Below are positions 1 through 11,833 of a stretch of DNA of 64,000 nucleotides, piece by piece. The position numbers and the translations under genes were made by a program. The DNA is taken from assembly GCA_964016885.1 (NCBI GenBank), contig OZ024741.1, positions 90,148,001 to 90,212,000 of the forward strand. Direction: 5' to 3'. Position 1 is the first letter of the stretch. Each line of letters starts with the position of its first letter. The stretch comes from Eledone cirrhosa. Its lineage: Eukaryota. Below the pieces are notes generated by a model that saw only the letters and a program-made list of their open reading frames with translations, did no database searches and was not told where the DNA came from.

Positions 1-1355
1 GTTTTTGTGTGTGTTGTGTGCTTAGTTTGCGCATGTGTTACATCCGGGTGTCTGTGTGTGTTTATATTTGTTTATTTATTTGTTTATTTACATGTTACTG
101 GTTGGTTGTTTGTTCTATGTGTTTGTGTTTTCATTTTGTCCTTAATTGTAAGTTGTGATGTTGCTATTCCATTCATGTTTTCTATTTAATTTTGGTTGGA
201 GTTCATTTATGTTTATTGTCTCTGTGATTTGTCTAAACATTGCGTCTTTTCTGTGTGCAGATTTTATTTTTATTTCTATGTTATCTAATTTTCCCTTATG
301 TTCTATTTTAGCATGTTGGTGGAGTACTGATGATTCTTTTTTATCTTGAAGCTCTCGCCAGTGTTCATTTAACCGTTCTCCTCTACTACGAGCTGTCTCA
401 CCTATGTACACTATATTCTTATCTTTACATTGTCCTTCAGTACATCTTATGCTATATACTATGTTTCTAGTTTTACAGTTAATATGGGGGCTTAGTTTAC
501 AGATTATGCATTTCTATTCTATACAGGGAGATCTTTGAAAAGGGTATGTATTACTAATAAGTGTTTTTATGGAGGTACCTGGTCTTTCTACTATCTTAAT
601 ATTAAGTTTAAGTTTATCTAGGGCCCTTATAAATTTGTAAGCTAATTCACCTCTAGGGGTTGTATTGATGAACATTACACTCTGGTATTTATTGCTATTA
701 TATCATGAGTTTATTCTATTAACCTTATTCCTAGTTCTTCTATTCTATTCCAAAATGTGCTCCTATACAAGGGGCAGGTCCCATTTGTATCATTATTTAC
801 CATTTTTTCCCATTTGGTTCTGGCTCCTCTATATACTCTGATTTTATCTCTCTGATTGTAACCAGAGAACTGCATACGGTGGATGAAGTGTTGTATGTGT
901 CTCTCTAGTTCTTTGGGGTTGCACATACGGGACACGTTTCTCATCACCCGTACTAAATCCGCAATCAGTATGTTGATTTTGGTGTGATCCGAAACAGCTT
1001 TTGGTGGATCAGATATTTGGAAGTCATGGGTTTGGCATAAGGGGAATGGAGGAAATGTTTTTTTGTTATTAATGGTTTCTAACCAGAGCTCTGTGTCTAG
1101 TACAGGTAATCGATGGTTGGGGTGTTTGCTTGGGTAGTCTATAGTAACTATAATACTCTGGTGGATGGAGTTAGCTATTTGCTGGATGCTTTCCATGGTG
1201 TTTTTCTCTAAATCCTGACTGTTCTCTAGAGTGGGTATTTTTACTACGATGTTTATATCATCAACCGTACCGAAAGTACATTATCAGGGTTAAGAGGTTG
1301 CTTTCTTCTAATTGTTCTTTAAGTTTATTGTCCCACCATACCATGAATAGGTTAG
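1..1355 (-). mobile_element. Penelope-like retroelement, family A: 5'-truncated and frameshifted body (RT C-terminal half, thumb, Cys-rich linker, GIY-YIG endonuclease, start of 3' UTR). Continues off the window start.
   Basis: Minus-strand peptides: NLFMVWWD...RY/VDDINI (RT catalytic motif broken by a frameshift, ~1255-1350), RLPVLDTELW, RMQFSGY (ORF 711..1196), and IVYSIRC...VYIGETARSRGERLNEH...EL.PKLN (ORF 142..411). These are typical PLE RT and GIY-YIG signatures. Confidence 0.9.
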
Positions 1356-2012
1356 CTTCAAGATAAAAAAAGAATCATCAGTACTCCACCAACATGTTAA
1401 AATAGAACATAAGGGAAAATTAGAGAACATAGAAATAAAAATAAAATCTGCACACAGAAAAGACGCAATGTTTAGACAAATCACAGAGGCAATAAACATA
1501 AATGAACTCCAACCAAAATTAAATAGAAAACATGAATGGAATAGCAACATCACAACTTACAATTAAGGACAAAATGGAAATACACATACATAGAACAAAC
1601 AACCAACCAGTAACATGTAAATAAACAAATAAATAAACAAATAAACACACACACAGACACCCGGATGTAACACATGCGCAAACTAAGCACACAACACACA
1701 CAAAAACAAGATGGCGTAGGACAGAACAAAGGAGAGGCACAAAACAAAGAAAAGAATCCCCAGTCACTGAAGAGGTCACATAATGTGTGACGAAATAACT
1801 TTGACAATATATGAACAACCGTCCGGTTGTGGAACCAACCAACCGGAAATTTATAAATTCTTAAATTTATAAATTTAATTTATAATAAATTGGAGTGAAA
1901 GCAACTGGTGCGTGTGTTTCTTATTGGCAACATGACCCTCCCAAAGTATAACAATATCGGTTTCAACACACGCTTTCAGATAAAGAATCTTGCTAAACAA
2001 ATTCAGAAACGA
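1356..2012 (+). mobile_element. Inverted pseudo-LTR (3'-end copy) of the family A PLE, joined to the truncated 5' end of the body and running into a (TA)n tract
   Basis: 1356-1710 is a near-identical reverse complement of 1-352. 1545-1957 matches the reverse complement of 62813-63245. An inverted 5' pLTR is a known PLE structure. Confidence 0.88.
1763..1805 (+). ncRNA. Minimal type I hammerhead ribozyme in the family A pLTR
   Basis: gtca-CTGAAGA-g-gtcaca(taatg)tgtgac-GAAA-taac-TT-tgac: stem I gtca/tgac, 6-bp stem II, complete core. Confidence 0.75.
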
Positions 2013-2027
2013 AATATATATATATGT

Positions 2028-2133
<106 letters not shown>

Positions 2134-2966
2134 GTGTGTGTGTGTTTGTGTGTATGTATGTACACTCAGTAGAACGTGAGACCGTACGTAAACGAGATGT
2201 AATGCCCTGACGTATCTGGGAGGTCTGTAGCCTCGCTTCAGTACGGACTTGGTCAATGTAGAACAGTCCAACCCTTGCTAGCTGGAAAAGCGTACGTTAG
2301 AACTATGATGATGATAATGATCATGATGATAGGCATAGAGTGGCTTTTCTACGCTTAACATGTGTACATATACTAGTACCTATGCATGCAAATAGATCTG
2401 TATGTGCATGTACGCGTATGTGACAACTTATGTATGAATTGTGTGTCCTGTTGTATCCGCCTGCCTTCAATCTTTTCTTTCTAATCTGCTCTTCCCACCG
2501 CATCTAGTACCCTTCCTCATCCACGAGCACACCGACACGGGCACAACATGACTGTACCATACAGAAATACTCATGCACACTTAGATACATTACACATACA
2601 ACAAAAAAAACAAAAAACTTTAACACACTTATTGATAAGCACACACTTCAGCACATATACACACGCATAGTGTGTTTGCTATTTCAACTTCAGCAGTCCA
2701 CCTTGTAGTTGAGTTGAGTTGTTTGTTCTTTTTAATGAACGGATACATGATGAAGAGATACATATTTGTCACTAATAATTTCTTTTATATTTGATACATA
2801 CACAGACTAACCATACAAATACCCAATGTTAATATACCCAGACACACTTAAACACAATCACAAACAATATATAAACAATTCCTCCAATGTATACGGTGAT
2901 ACACACACACTCACTTGTCCCCGTTTTTTCATATTTTGTTTTGTTTTGTATTCTATCTACTTGTAC

Positions 2967-3003
2967 TCTTCTGATGACGGACTAACGTCCGATACGTTGA
3001 ATA
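2967..3003 (+). ncRNA. Hammerhead-like motif with GATA in place of GAAA, in a probable PLE pLTR remnant
   Basis: ctt-CTGATGA-c-ggac(taac)gtcc-GATA-cg-TT-gaa. A related decayed copy lies at ~22409-22445 (-). Confidence 0.45.
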
Positions 3004-3127
3004 CTTCTCCCTCTTTCATCCATAGCGTTAACCTAATAACGAATTGTTTTTGTATCTGTTTATCATTTTTCATTATATCTATAATCATGAAGTACGAGTC
3101 AACAGGTTATAATTCACTTCTTTTATT

Positions 3128-3320
3128 CATAATTGTTTCTACTTTAGGCACAAGGCCAGCAATTACCCAGTGCATTACTGGTACTTTATTTTATCTACCC
3201 CGTAAGGATGAAAGGCAAAGTCAACCTCGGCGGGATTTGAACTCAGATCGTAAAGGGACGTAACTATGCTGGAAAGCATGGCGTCCGACCCTCTACCGAT
3301 ACTGCCAATCCACTGCCCTA
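3128..3320 (-). mobile_element. tRNA-derived SINE, family 1 (most abundant in the window; Deu/Nin-like central domain)
   Basis: Reverse strand has the B-box-like GAGTTCAAATCCCGCC followed by GACTTTGCCTTTCATCCTT...GATAAAATAAAGTACCAG. Many copies occur in the window. Confidence 0.8.
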
Positions 3321-3336
3321 CTTTTATACATAATAA

Positions 3337-3393
3337 CTGTTATATATATTTCGGAGATAACCGTTATGCAACCGTTATGACCTCATCAGACAG
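3337..3393 (-). ncRNA. Minimal type I hammerhead ribozyme, ORF-less repeat family
   Basis: Reverse complement: ctgt-CTGATGA-ggtcataacggttgcataacggttatctcc-GAAA-tatata-TA-acag. Stem I ctgt/acag, self-complementary stem III, intact core. Confidence 0.8.
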
Positions 3394-3649
3394 CCAGAAG
3401 TTGAACAGAAAAAAACCCCGAAAAACAAAGAATTTCTGTTGTTTTTATTCATTGATAATCCCCGGGTTGGTATTTGGTGTTGCTTTCTCATAGCACTGAT
3501 GACATATGACTTAGAATAAGCAACCTCACAGAATCAGCGAAATGGGGTATATAAAGTCACTATCTATTGGTCAGAGTTAACCTTACCACAACGTCATGAA
3601 GTTATTCGAATTTCTTAGCAGCGCCATTGTCTGAGATTTGGCTTCAACT

Positions 3650-5300
3650 TGTTCAGGAATCAGATCAGTCAGAGATTGACCTTGTAGATATGTTGCTGTG
3701 CTAGATGGAATTGGATCCTAGTTTGTCATTTGGGTCTCTTGCTGGTTGATTTTGCCCGTAAAATCTGTCCAGCGATTTTTTCTTGAGTCATTCATGCCCA
3801 TAGTATCGGAGCTGTGATTTCTCAATTCAAAGAAGTAGCGGCTCTACCCGGAGTGACACTCTGGTCTCAGAGCTACGCACTCTATCGAGTAACGTTACTC
3901 CAAAGACCCTTCGGAGGAGCCCCATTTCAGTCGCTTGTATTCGCGATCTTATTCTTTCGGATATTACTCACGGTTTACGACTATCTGTAAAGGTTGGCAC
4001 GAAAATCAAATTGAAGATAGCGAATTTGGCTTTTACGCCTTCCTCCTTTCTTCTGATTACTGAATGTTGAAGCTGGTGCATTACAGCACCAGTCCCAACA
4101 ATTCTTGCACTTAATTCAGCTACCTGCCTTCCATCACTTGTGAACGCGGCCGAGATACTTGAACATTTTTACTTGCTCCAGAGGAACTCCATTTTCTCGT
4201 AGAGTGCACTACGCAGACTTCCTTGCGAGGACGAGTGTCTCAGTTTTCGCAGCACTGATTTTCATTTCAGACACTTAGCATCAAACCTATCAATTGCAGG
4301 TCGGAGATTACGAGTTAAGTAACACCATGTCGTCTGCAAATTCCAGCCGACTGATTTTACACCTGCCAGTCATGATACCACATCCAACCCAGCTGCCAAT
4401 CTGGTTCATGAAAATAATGAACAGGAGAAGTGAGTCCGACTCCCACATTCAATGGTTTCAATTTGGCACTATTTATTCGAACACAAATACTCGGACATGC
4501 GTATAGTGACATCAGCGCAGCAAGAAACTGACTATTAATCCCATACTCATGCAAACCTTCCACAGCAAGTCCCGAGGAACGCGGTAATAAGCCTTTTCGA
4601 TGTTTACAAAATAAGAATATACCTTTTGGTAATACTTCCACGATTTCTCGAAAACCTTCTGCAGTGTGAATATTTTGTCGGCTGAACTGCGTTCGGCGCG
4701 AAAACCACATTGTTCATCAGCTTGCTTGGACTCGACAATCTCTTTGCATCACTTTGCCAGATACTTAGCATAGACTTTACCGGGGAAGCTTAACAAGGAG
4801 AGACCCTGTAATTGGAACAATCTCTCTTGTCTCCCTTTTTGAAAATTGGGATTATCACACCCGACTGCCATTGCTTAAATGCCTTTCCAGTGACCCAGGC
4901 CACCTGGTACCCATGATTCAGCCAGAGAATATCATCTCTATTTAAAGCTTTTAACATCTCGGGCCGGATTTCATCTTCCCCATTTAAGTCATGGGAGGAT
5001 TTTCGGGGTTAAGCTGAAATCCGACTTCAGATCAACAAATAAAGTGTTCTGGCACACCATCTGCTGACTGCGTGATAAGAAGTCCCCCACCACACCTGCT
5101 ATCCGGAACGCGTTTGAGGTCCTCTTTTCAGAGAGCTGCATCCTCGTGAGGTGGGGAAAATACTTTGCTGATCTCCTAAACCAGATCACAACAGCATCTT
5201 CTGATGTACACGAGGTTCATCAGAGAACGGTGACTAATCTCTCAGAGGTTGAGGTCACATGAGCAGTTAAGAACTCAAAGGTGGCAACGCTGCTGGTTTA
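3650..5300 (-). mobile_element. Degenerate RTE-clade LINE fragment (RT region and 3' portion)
   Basis: Minus-strand RT motif LEFADDMVLL (~4315-4350), FKYLG-like motif (~4150-4165), and upstream IIPIFKKGDKRDCSNY-like RT N-terminus (~4810-4855). Homologous to 22800-23540. Confidence 0.8.
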
Positions 5301-5617
5301 GTGTAGAATTCAATATAGAATTGTAGCGTTATCGTTTAATGAAATCCCATCTAATATTTTGCATATGTTGCTTGGAAATGTGTTGAAATGGCTCTTTGTT
5401 GTAAGTGCATAGTTAACAGACGGGAAAGTGTAGTGTTTGTGTGACCAATTTTCGAAACGTTAACACAAACATGGGTTTAAGAACGCTACTGTTCCAAACT
5501 AAGCATAAAGAACTTATAAGGAAATACGAAAAATCAAAATGATGAAACTGGAATAGAGTCGTGTTTTCAATATGACATGTTTGAAGGAAATACTGTATCC
5601 TACTTATACGCCCCACC

Positions 5618-5737
<120 letters not shown>

Positions 5738-6357
5738 TACATATATATCTGTATGTGTGCATAAACATGCGCGTGTGTATTTATGCACTTATATATATAT
5801 ATATATATATGAAAAGTGTAAGTTTCTACACAAAACGAAGGTTATAGAGAAAATTGAGGTTGGTAATGGCACATGGAATATATAAGAGACAGAATACTTT
5901 TTTGTGAAAAAACATATAATTTTATAAGGTAAGGAAAGAATAAAGGGTATAAAAAATGACCGGTTTCAATGGGTCTGCAAAAGCCATCTTTTCAAATGCT
6001 GATTAATATTAAGAAAAATTATTAATAATAAGAAGAGTTAAAATTTGAGATTTGAAAATTCAAGTATAAAATTCAGTGTGGGATTTCATAGTAGTTTTCA
6101 TCTTGGTAGCAGCAAGTTGACTGTTGTGTGTCCCTTTCTGGTAGTGAATGAGGAATTATTTGTGGGGAGTGGGTTTTTTTAAGGTCAGATTTAGCAATGG
6201 CCAGATGGCCAGCTGCTGGTCAGTGAGGGGGTGGAAGCAATATACATACATATATCTCCATGTGGTCGGTAGGAGAGGGGAGAATGATAGAAAGGGATTT
6301 AGTGCACTTACACCTATATATACACATATCCTCATCCACACACACATACATATACAT

Positions 6358-6405
<48 letters not shown>

Positions 6406-6877
6406 ATACACACACACATACATACATATACATACACACATACACACACACATATATACACATACACACACACATATATACACACACACATATATACACA
6501 CACACATATATATACATACACATACATCCAGATACACACATACATACACACACACACATACATACACATATATATATATATATATGTACATACACACATA
6601 TATATATACACACACACATACATACACACACACATATATACACACACACATATATACATACACACATACAAACACACTTTGCAGACCCATCGAAACCGGT
6701 CATTTTTTATACCCTTTATTCTTTCCTTACCTTATAAAATTATATGTTTTTTCACAAAAAAGTATTCTGTCTCTTATATATTCCATGTGCCATTACCAAC
6801 CTCAATTTTCTCTATAACCTTCGTTTTGTGTAGAAACTTACACTTTTCATATATACTAACCTACGCAAATCCGGAAA

Positions 6878-8197
6878 ATGGCACTGGAACAAGACAATAC
6901 AACTTCAAACTCCAATATAAATGAGGAAATCCTGAAAATCCTAAAAGAGATAAATGGAAAACTCACTATTCTGACAAAAAACAGGATATACCCCAAACCA
7001 CCACACCGACTGACAACTAAATTTATTTAAACGTTCAAAACGTATGCAACTCCATCGAAAAACTTATGAATACCAAAACAGAACAGAAAACATTGCTCCA
7101 TATCAAAAACCAAATGGGACACCTCTGGAAAAAAACATCTAAAAACCAGAAAATTCACTTTCTGGAATATGATAAAAAACCTCAACAAAGCTGGAATTTA
7201 CCAGAAATGGATTAACTCAACACCGATAGTTTTACCACGTAAATTCCAAATAAAGCATATTACAAACGAACTTGAACCAGAAAGAAAACTCCGTGAACAA
7301 ATGTCACTCAACAGGATAAACATGGAAATAGAACTCCTAAAATTAAGGGCCACCTCCAACGAGCAAGAGTATAAGGATACTGATAAAAAAATGGAGGAAG
7401 AATGCACTATAAAGGCCGAGGGAACAACCCTACACAATTTAATCAAATCGTGGAAATAGGACTGCGAGAATGCAGAAATTATTTCCCTTAAACGGTGGGA
7501 AAAATCCGAAAACTGGTTCCTCAAATATGAAGAAGACTTTAAAAGGACGCACCAAACAGGTAACCCCTTTATAAAGCATTTGAACATAACAAGAACTACA
7601 ACAGACACATTTACACCACCAAACCCAACACACACACTAACCACAGGCACATCCCCCACCAACACAAACCAAATACGGCCAACTACACCAAAAGAAACAC
7701 ACCCAACCACCACAACACAGGTTTCCGTAGAAATACCCCCTACATAAACCAACAACGAAATAACATAGATCCAACTCACAACACACACACCACATTCCTC
7801 AGAAGAAATCCACCCAGACCACTTGAAATCACAACAGAACTTACCCACAACCACACCAGACATCACTCTCAATCCAACAAAAGACAACCCACCAACCTCA
7901 ACAGAAATAACGCACCCAGACCACATGAACCAACAACAGAACCCTTGCTCATTAACAACCACAACACATACCACCCCCACCATCACATTCACCCTCATGA
8001 AACAACAAGCTACAGACCCACACGCAACAGACCAACAAAATATAATCACACACAAAACTACATCCTTTTTTAGGGAAAAGCCTGAAATACCAGGATACTC
8101 GATGCCCCCCCCCCCCCCCCCCCCCTCAGGAGAAACCAAAAATAATCAACCTCTCAAAGACACCTCTAACCAACACACAAATCAACATTTTAAGTAA
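6878..8197 (+). pseudogene. Disrupted upstream ORF or N-terminal extension of the family B PLE (charged helical region followed by a Thr/Pro-rich linker)
   Basis: ATG at 6878. One frame runs from 7169 to 8197 with isolated stops (7457, ~7745, ~7766), and there are frameshifts before 7169. It overlaps the start of the RT frame. Confidence 0.6.
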
Positions 8198-10391
8198 GGG
8201 CCTGAAATTTACACCTACACCACGTAAACCAAACTTCCCCGAAATGAAGGATGACATCATAGAATTCTGCCGAAAGCTGCGACTAACGGAATTCTTCCAC
8301 AACGACACCAACACTGAAGACGAATCACTGGTTAGAAATAAAAGCAATTTCTGCCCACAAAAGGGAAGAAATAAAGCACTGGACACGTACTGCGAACACA
8401 TCACCAACTTTCCCTATGAAAAAATTACAAATAAACACACGAAATCAAACCTATCTACACACGAATGGGAAGAATTATTCACACTTAGAAACAACCCTGA
8501 GATAACCATCAAAGAAGCCGATAAAGGCAGTACTGTTGTCATTATGAATACGGACTACTATAGGACCCTCGCACTTAACATTTTAGAAAACAACACATAC
8601 TATGAAAAAACAGAAAACTACAAACACACCAAAACAATGGGGAACCTTTTGACCTTACTGAATAAATACCGCAACAGCTTAACCACAAAAGAGTTTAACT
8701 ATATAAGCCACTTCAAATACAATACAAGCTCATTTTATGGCTTACCGAAACTCCACAAATGTAAACCCATAAACGATGCATGTGACACCTCAACCAACAA
8801 TTACATTGAACTAACACCACCAGAAGACCTAAAACTCAGGCCAATTATAGCAGGCCCTACATGTGAAACCCACAGACTTAGCAACTTTCTGGACATCCTA
8901 CTGAAACCCTTTCTACAACATATACAGAGCTACATACGAGATGACCTTGAAATGCTGAAACACCCCCCTAAAACAGTAAGTGCAAATACAATTCTTGTCT
9001 CCTTTGACGTAATAAACCTCTACACAAACATACCCCATAACTATGGAATAACAGCAATCCAATACTGGCTTAACACACACCCATCAGAAATACCGACACG
9101 CATCAACAAAGATTTTATCACTGACGGACTCCGCTTTATCCTACAAAATAACTACTTCACATTCAATGGTTCAACATACAGACAAGTATCAGGTACTGCA
9201 ATGGCCACGAAAGTAGCACCCACATATGCCAACCTAGTCATGGGATTCCATGAACAACAAATATACAGTCAGTCCCTTCTCTTATTTGGAGACTCTTTCC
9301 ACAGACACCTCAAAGCCAATTGGAAAAGATATCTAGACGACTGCTTTATCCTATGGCAAGAAGACATGAACTCACTTACTATGTTTAAAAACATGATAAA
9401 CAACATAGATAATAACATACAATTCACAATGGAATCCGATCCCAAGGAATTAGCCTTCTTGGATATTCTCATCTCTGTAATAGACGGGAAATTAGATACA
9501 GATATATTCTATAAACCCACAGATTCCAAGCAATACCTCTTTTTCACATCAAGTCACCCAAAACATACAAAACTTAACATTCCTTTCAATTTGGCCAAAC
9601 GTATATGTACCATAGTATCAGATCCACCTAAACGGGAGCAAAGACTAAAGGAACTAAAAGACACCCTTATCTTAAGAGCCTTTCCACTTGAAATAATCAA
9701 CAATGGAATAGACAGGGCAAAACACCTAAATCCCCATCAACTTAACAATCCAAAACAGAAAACCACACTCAACACCCTGCCATATGTATCCACTTTCAAC
9801 CCCAGAAATACCGAAATGTTTGATCACCTACACAAAAACCTCCCCATCCTACTTAAAGATGTAAAAATGAAGTCTATTCTTGAAACACACAAGATCCTTA
9901 AAAGTAAAAGACAACCCAAATCACTAAAACGCATTCTCACTGGACCAAATATACCCAAACCAATCCTCAACCCTACAGTTACCAAATGTGGTAGAACAAA
10001 CTGTGGAACGTGCCTCTACCTCACTGAAGGACAAAAATTTACATTTAAAGATGGCCAAACATTTACAGTAAAAAACAATTTCACCTGCAACTCGGAGAAC
10101 TTGATTTACGCAATAACTTGCGGTGGGTGCAAACACAACTACATAGGACAGACGGGCACCTCATTACGCAAAAGAATGACCATCCACCGCCAACAAATCC
10201 GGGACGCTAACACAAGAAAAATCCCCTTGAGCAGCCATATTGCGAACTGCGCAGGAATGACACTACCCAACTTTAAAATCTTCCTCTTCTACAAGTGCTC
10301 AGATTCGTTCACACAGCAACAAAGAATAAACAAAGAAAATCTATTCCTTAACAAATTTAAACCAAAACTAAACAGGTTATCACCCCAATAG
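8124..10391 (+). CDS. PLE reverse transcriptase + C-terminal GIY-YIG endonuclease (715 aa from Met 8244; the frame is open further upstream)
   Basis: In-frame IINLSKTPLTNTQINILSKGLKFTPTP upstream of the Met. Motifs IKEADKG, YGLPKLHK, LRPII, SFDVINLYTNIP, GTAMATKVAPTYANL, RYLDD, FLDI, YKPTD, HPKH, CxxC linker, LIYAITC...YIGQT...R...H, PKLN. Confidence 0.96.
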   Translation, partial: PQEKPKIINLSKTPLTNTQINILSKGLKFTPTPRKPNFPEMKDDIIEFCRKLRLTEFFHNDTNTEDESLVRNKSNFCPQKGRNKALDTYCEHITNFPYEKITNKHTKSNLSTHEWEELFTLRNNPEITIKEADKGSTVVIMNTDYYRTLALNILENNTYYEKTENYKHTKTMGNLLTLLNKYRNSLTTKEFNYISHFKYNTSSFYGLPKLHKCKPINDACDTSTNNYIELTPPEDLKLRPIIAGPTCETHRLSNFLDILLKPFLQHIQSYIRDDLEMLKHPPKTVSANTILVSFDVINLYTNIPHNYGITAIQYWLNTHPSEIPTRINKDFITDGLRFILQNNYFTFNGSTYRQVSGTAMATKVAPTYANLVMGFHEQQIYSQSLLLFGDSFHRHLKANWKRYLDDCFILWQEDMNSLTMFKNMINNIDNNIQFTMESDPKELAFLDILISVIDGKLDTDIFYKPTDSKQYLFFTSSHPKHTKLNIPFNLAKRICTIVSDPPKREQRLKELKDTLILRAFPLEIINNGIDRAKHLNPHQLNNPKQKTTLNTLPYVSTFNPRNTEMFDHLHKNLPILLKDVKMKSILETHKILKSKRQPKSLKRILTGPNIPKPILNPTVTKCGRTNCGTCLYLTEGQKFTFKDGQTFTVKNNFTCNSENLIYAITCGGCKHNYIGQTGTSLRKRMTIHRQQIRDANTRKIPLSSHIANCAGMTLPNFKIFLFYKCSDSFTQQQRINKENLFLNKFKPKLNRLSPQ

Positions 10392-11102
10392 AATTGTCAT
10401 AAAATATAAACACACATACGCACGGAGTGACAGATATGTGTGTGTATGTGTGCATGTATATAATTATCACTACTATTAAAGACCAGAGACCAATTCTGTA
10501 GAATCAGGTTTATTCGTTGACAGACCATGCCTTTGTGTGGCCAACACATCCATGTTAAACCCTGCACGTGCACACACATATATCTATATATATATGCGCA
10601 CACAGAATTCACCACTGTCGGTTGCGGGGCCCTATCTACATGAAGAACTCAATGTGATCAGAATGACTTGTATTTTAATTTCACTGTTCTAACTTCTTAT
10701 ATTATGGAAAAAATATATGTGTATGTATGTATATATATATATTTGGAGGCCATTTCTCTATGTGTGTGGGTGTATGTATGTGTATGTGTGTGTATGTATG
10801 TGCATGTGGATATTTATGTGTGTATGTATGTGTGTGTGTGTGTGTATGTATGTGTGTATCTGGATGTATGTGTGTGTATATATATGTGTGTGTGTGTGTG
10901 TATATATGTGTGTGTATGTGTATATATGTGTGTGTGTGTGTTTGTATGTGTGTATGTATATATGTGTGTGTGTATGTATGTGTGTGTATATATATATATA
11001 TGTGTATGTACATATATATATATATGTGTATGTGTGTGTGTGTGTGTGTGTGTATGCATGTGTGTATCTGGATGTATGTGTATGTATATATGTGTGTGTG
11101 TA

Positions 11103-11143
<41 letters not shown>

Positions 11144-11166
11144 ATATGTATGTGTGTGTGTATGTA

Positions 11167-11231
<65 letters not shown>

Positions 11232-11590
11232 ATGTATATGTATGTGTGTGTGGATGAGGGTATGTGTATATATAGGTGTAAGTGCACTAAATCCCTTTCT
11301 ATCACTCTCCCCTCTCCTACCGACCACATGGAGATATATGTATGTATATTGCTTCCACCCCCTCACTGACCAGCAGCTGGCCATCTGGCCATTGCTAAAT
11401 CTGACCTTAAAAAAACCCACTCCCCACAAATAATTCCTCATTCACTACCAGAAAGGGACACACAACAGTTAACTTGCTGCTACCAAGATGAAAACTACTA
11501 TGAAATCCCACACTGAATTTTATACTTGAATTTTCAAATCTCAAATTTTAACTCTTCTTATTATTAATAATTTTTCTTAATATTAATCAG

Positions 11591-11635
11591 CATTTGAAAA
11601 GATGGCTTTTGCAGACCCATCGAAACCGGTCATTT
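11591..11635 (+). ncRNA. Hammerhead-like motif in the family B pLTR with a U3/A8 core (inverted copy at 5957-5998; 3' half only at 6679-6705)
   Basis: cat-TTGAAAA-gatgg(cttttgcagac)ccatc-GAAA-ccgg-TC-att. 5-bp stem II, palindromic CCGG stem III, GUC site. Stem I is weak. Confidence 0.55.
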
Positions 11636-11733
11636 TTTATACCCTTTATTCTTTCCTTACCTTATAAAATTATATGTTTTTTCACAAAAAAGTATTCTGT
11701 CTCTTATATATTCCATGTGCCATTACCAACCTC

Positions 11734-11833
<100 letters not shown>

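Noticed and set aside
275-560. APOBEC-type G>A mutation of this copy as the cause of the bias versus 63.3-63.6 kb
   Set aside because: This copy keeps the conserved YIG motif and agrees with the third copy at 1356-1500, so the 63 kb copy is the derived one.
7198-8139. 313-aa minus-strand ORF
   Set aside because: Antisense shadow of the A/C-rich PLE upstream ORF; no recognisable motif.
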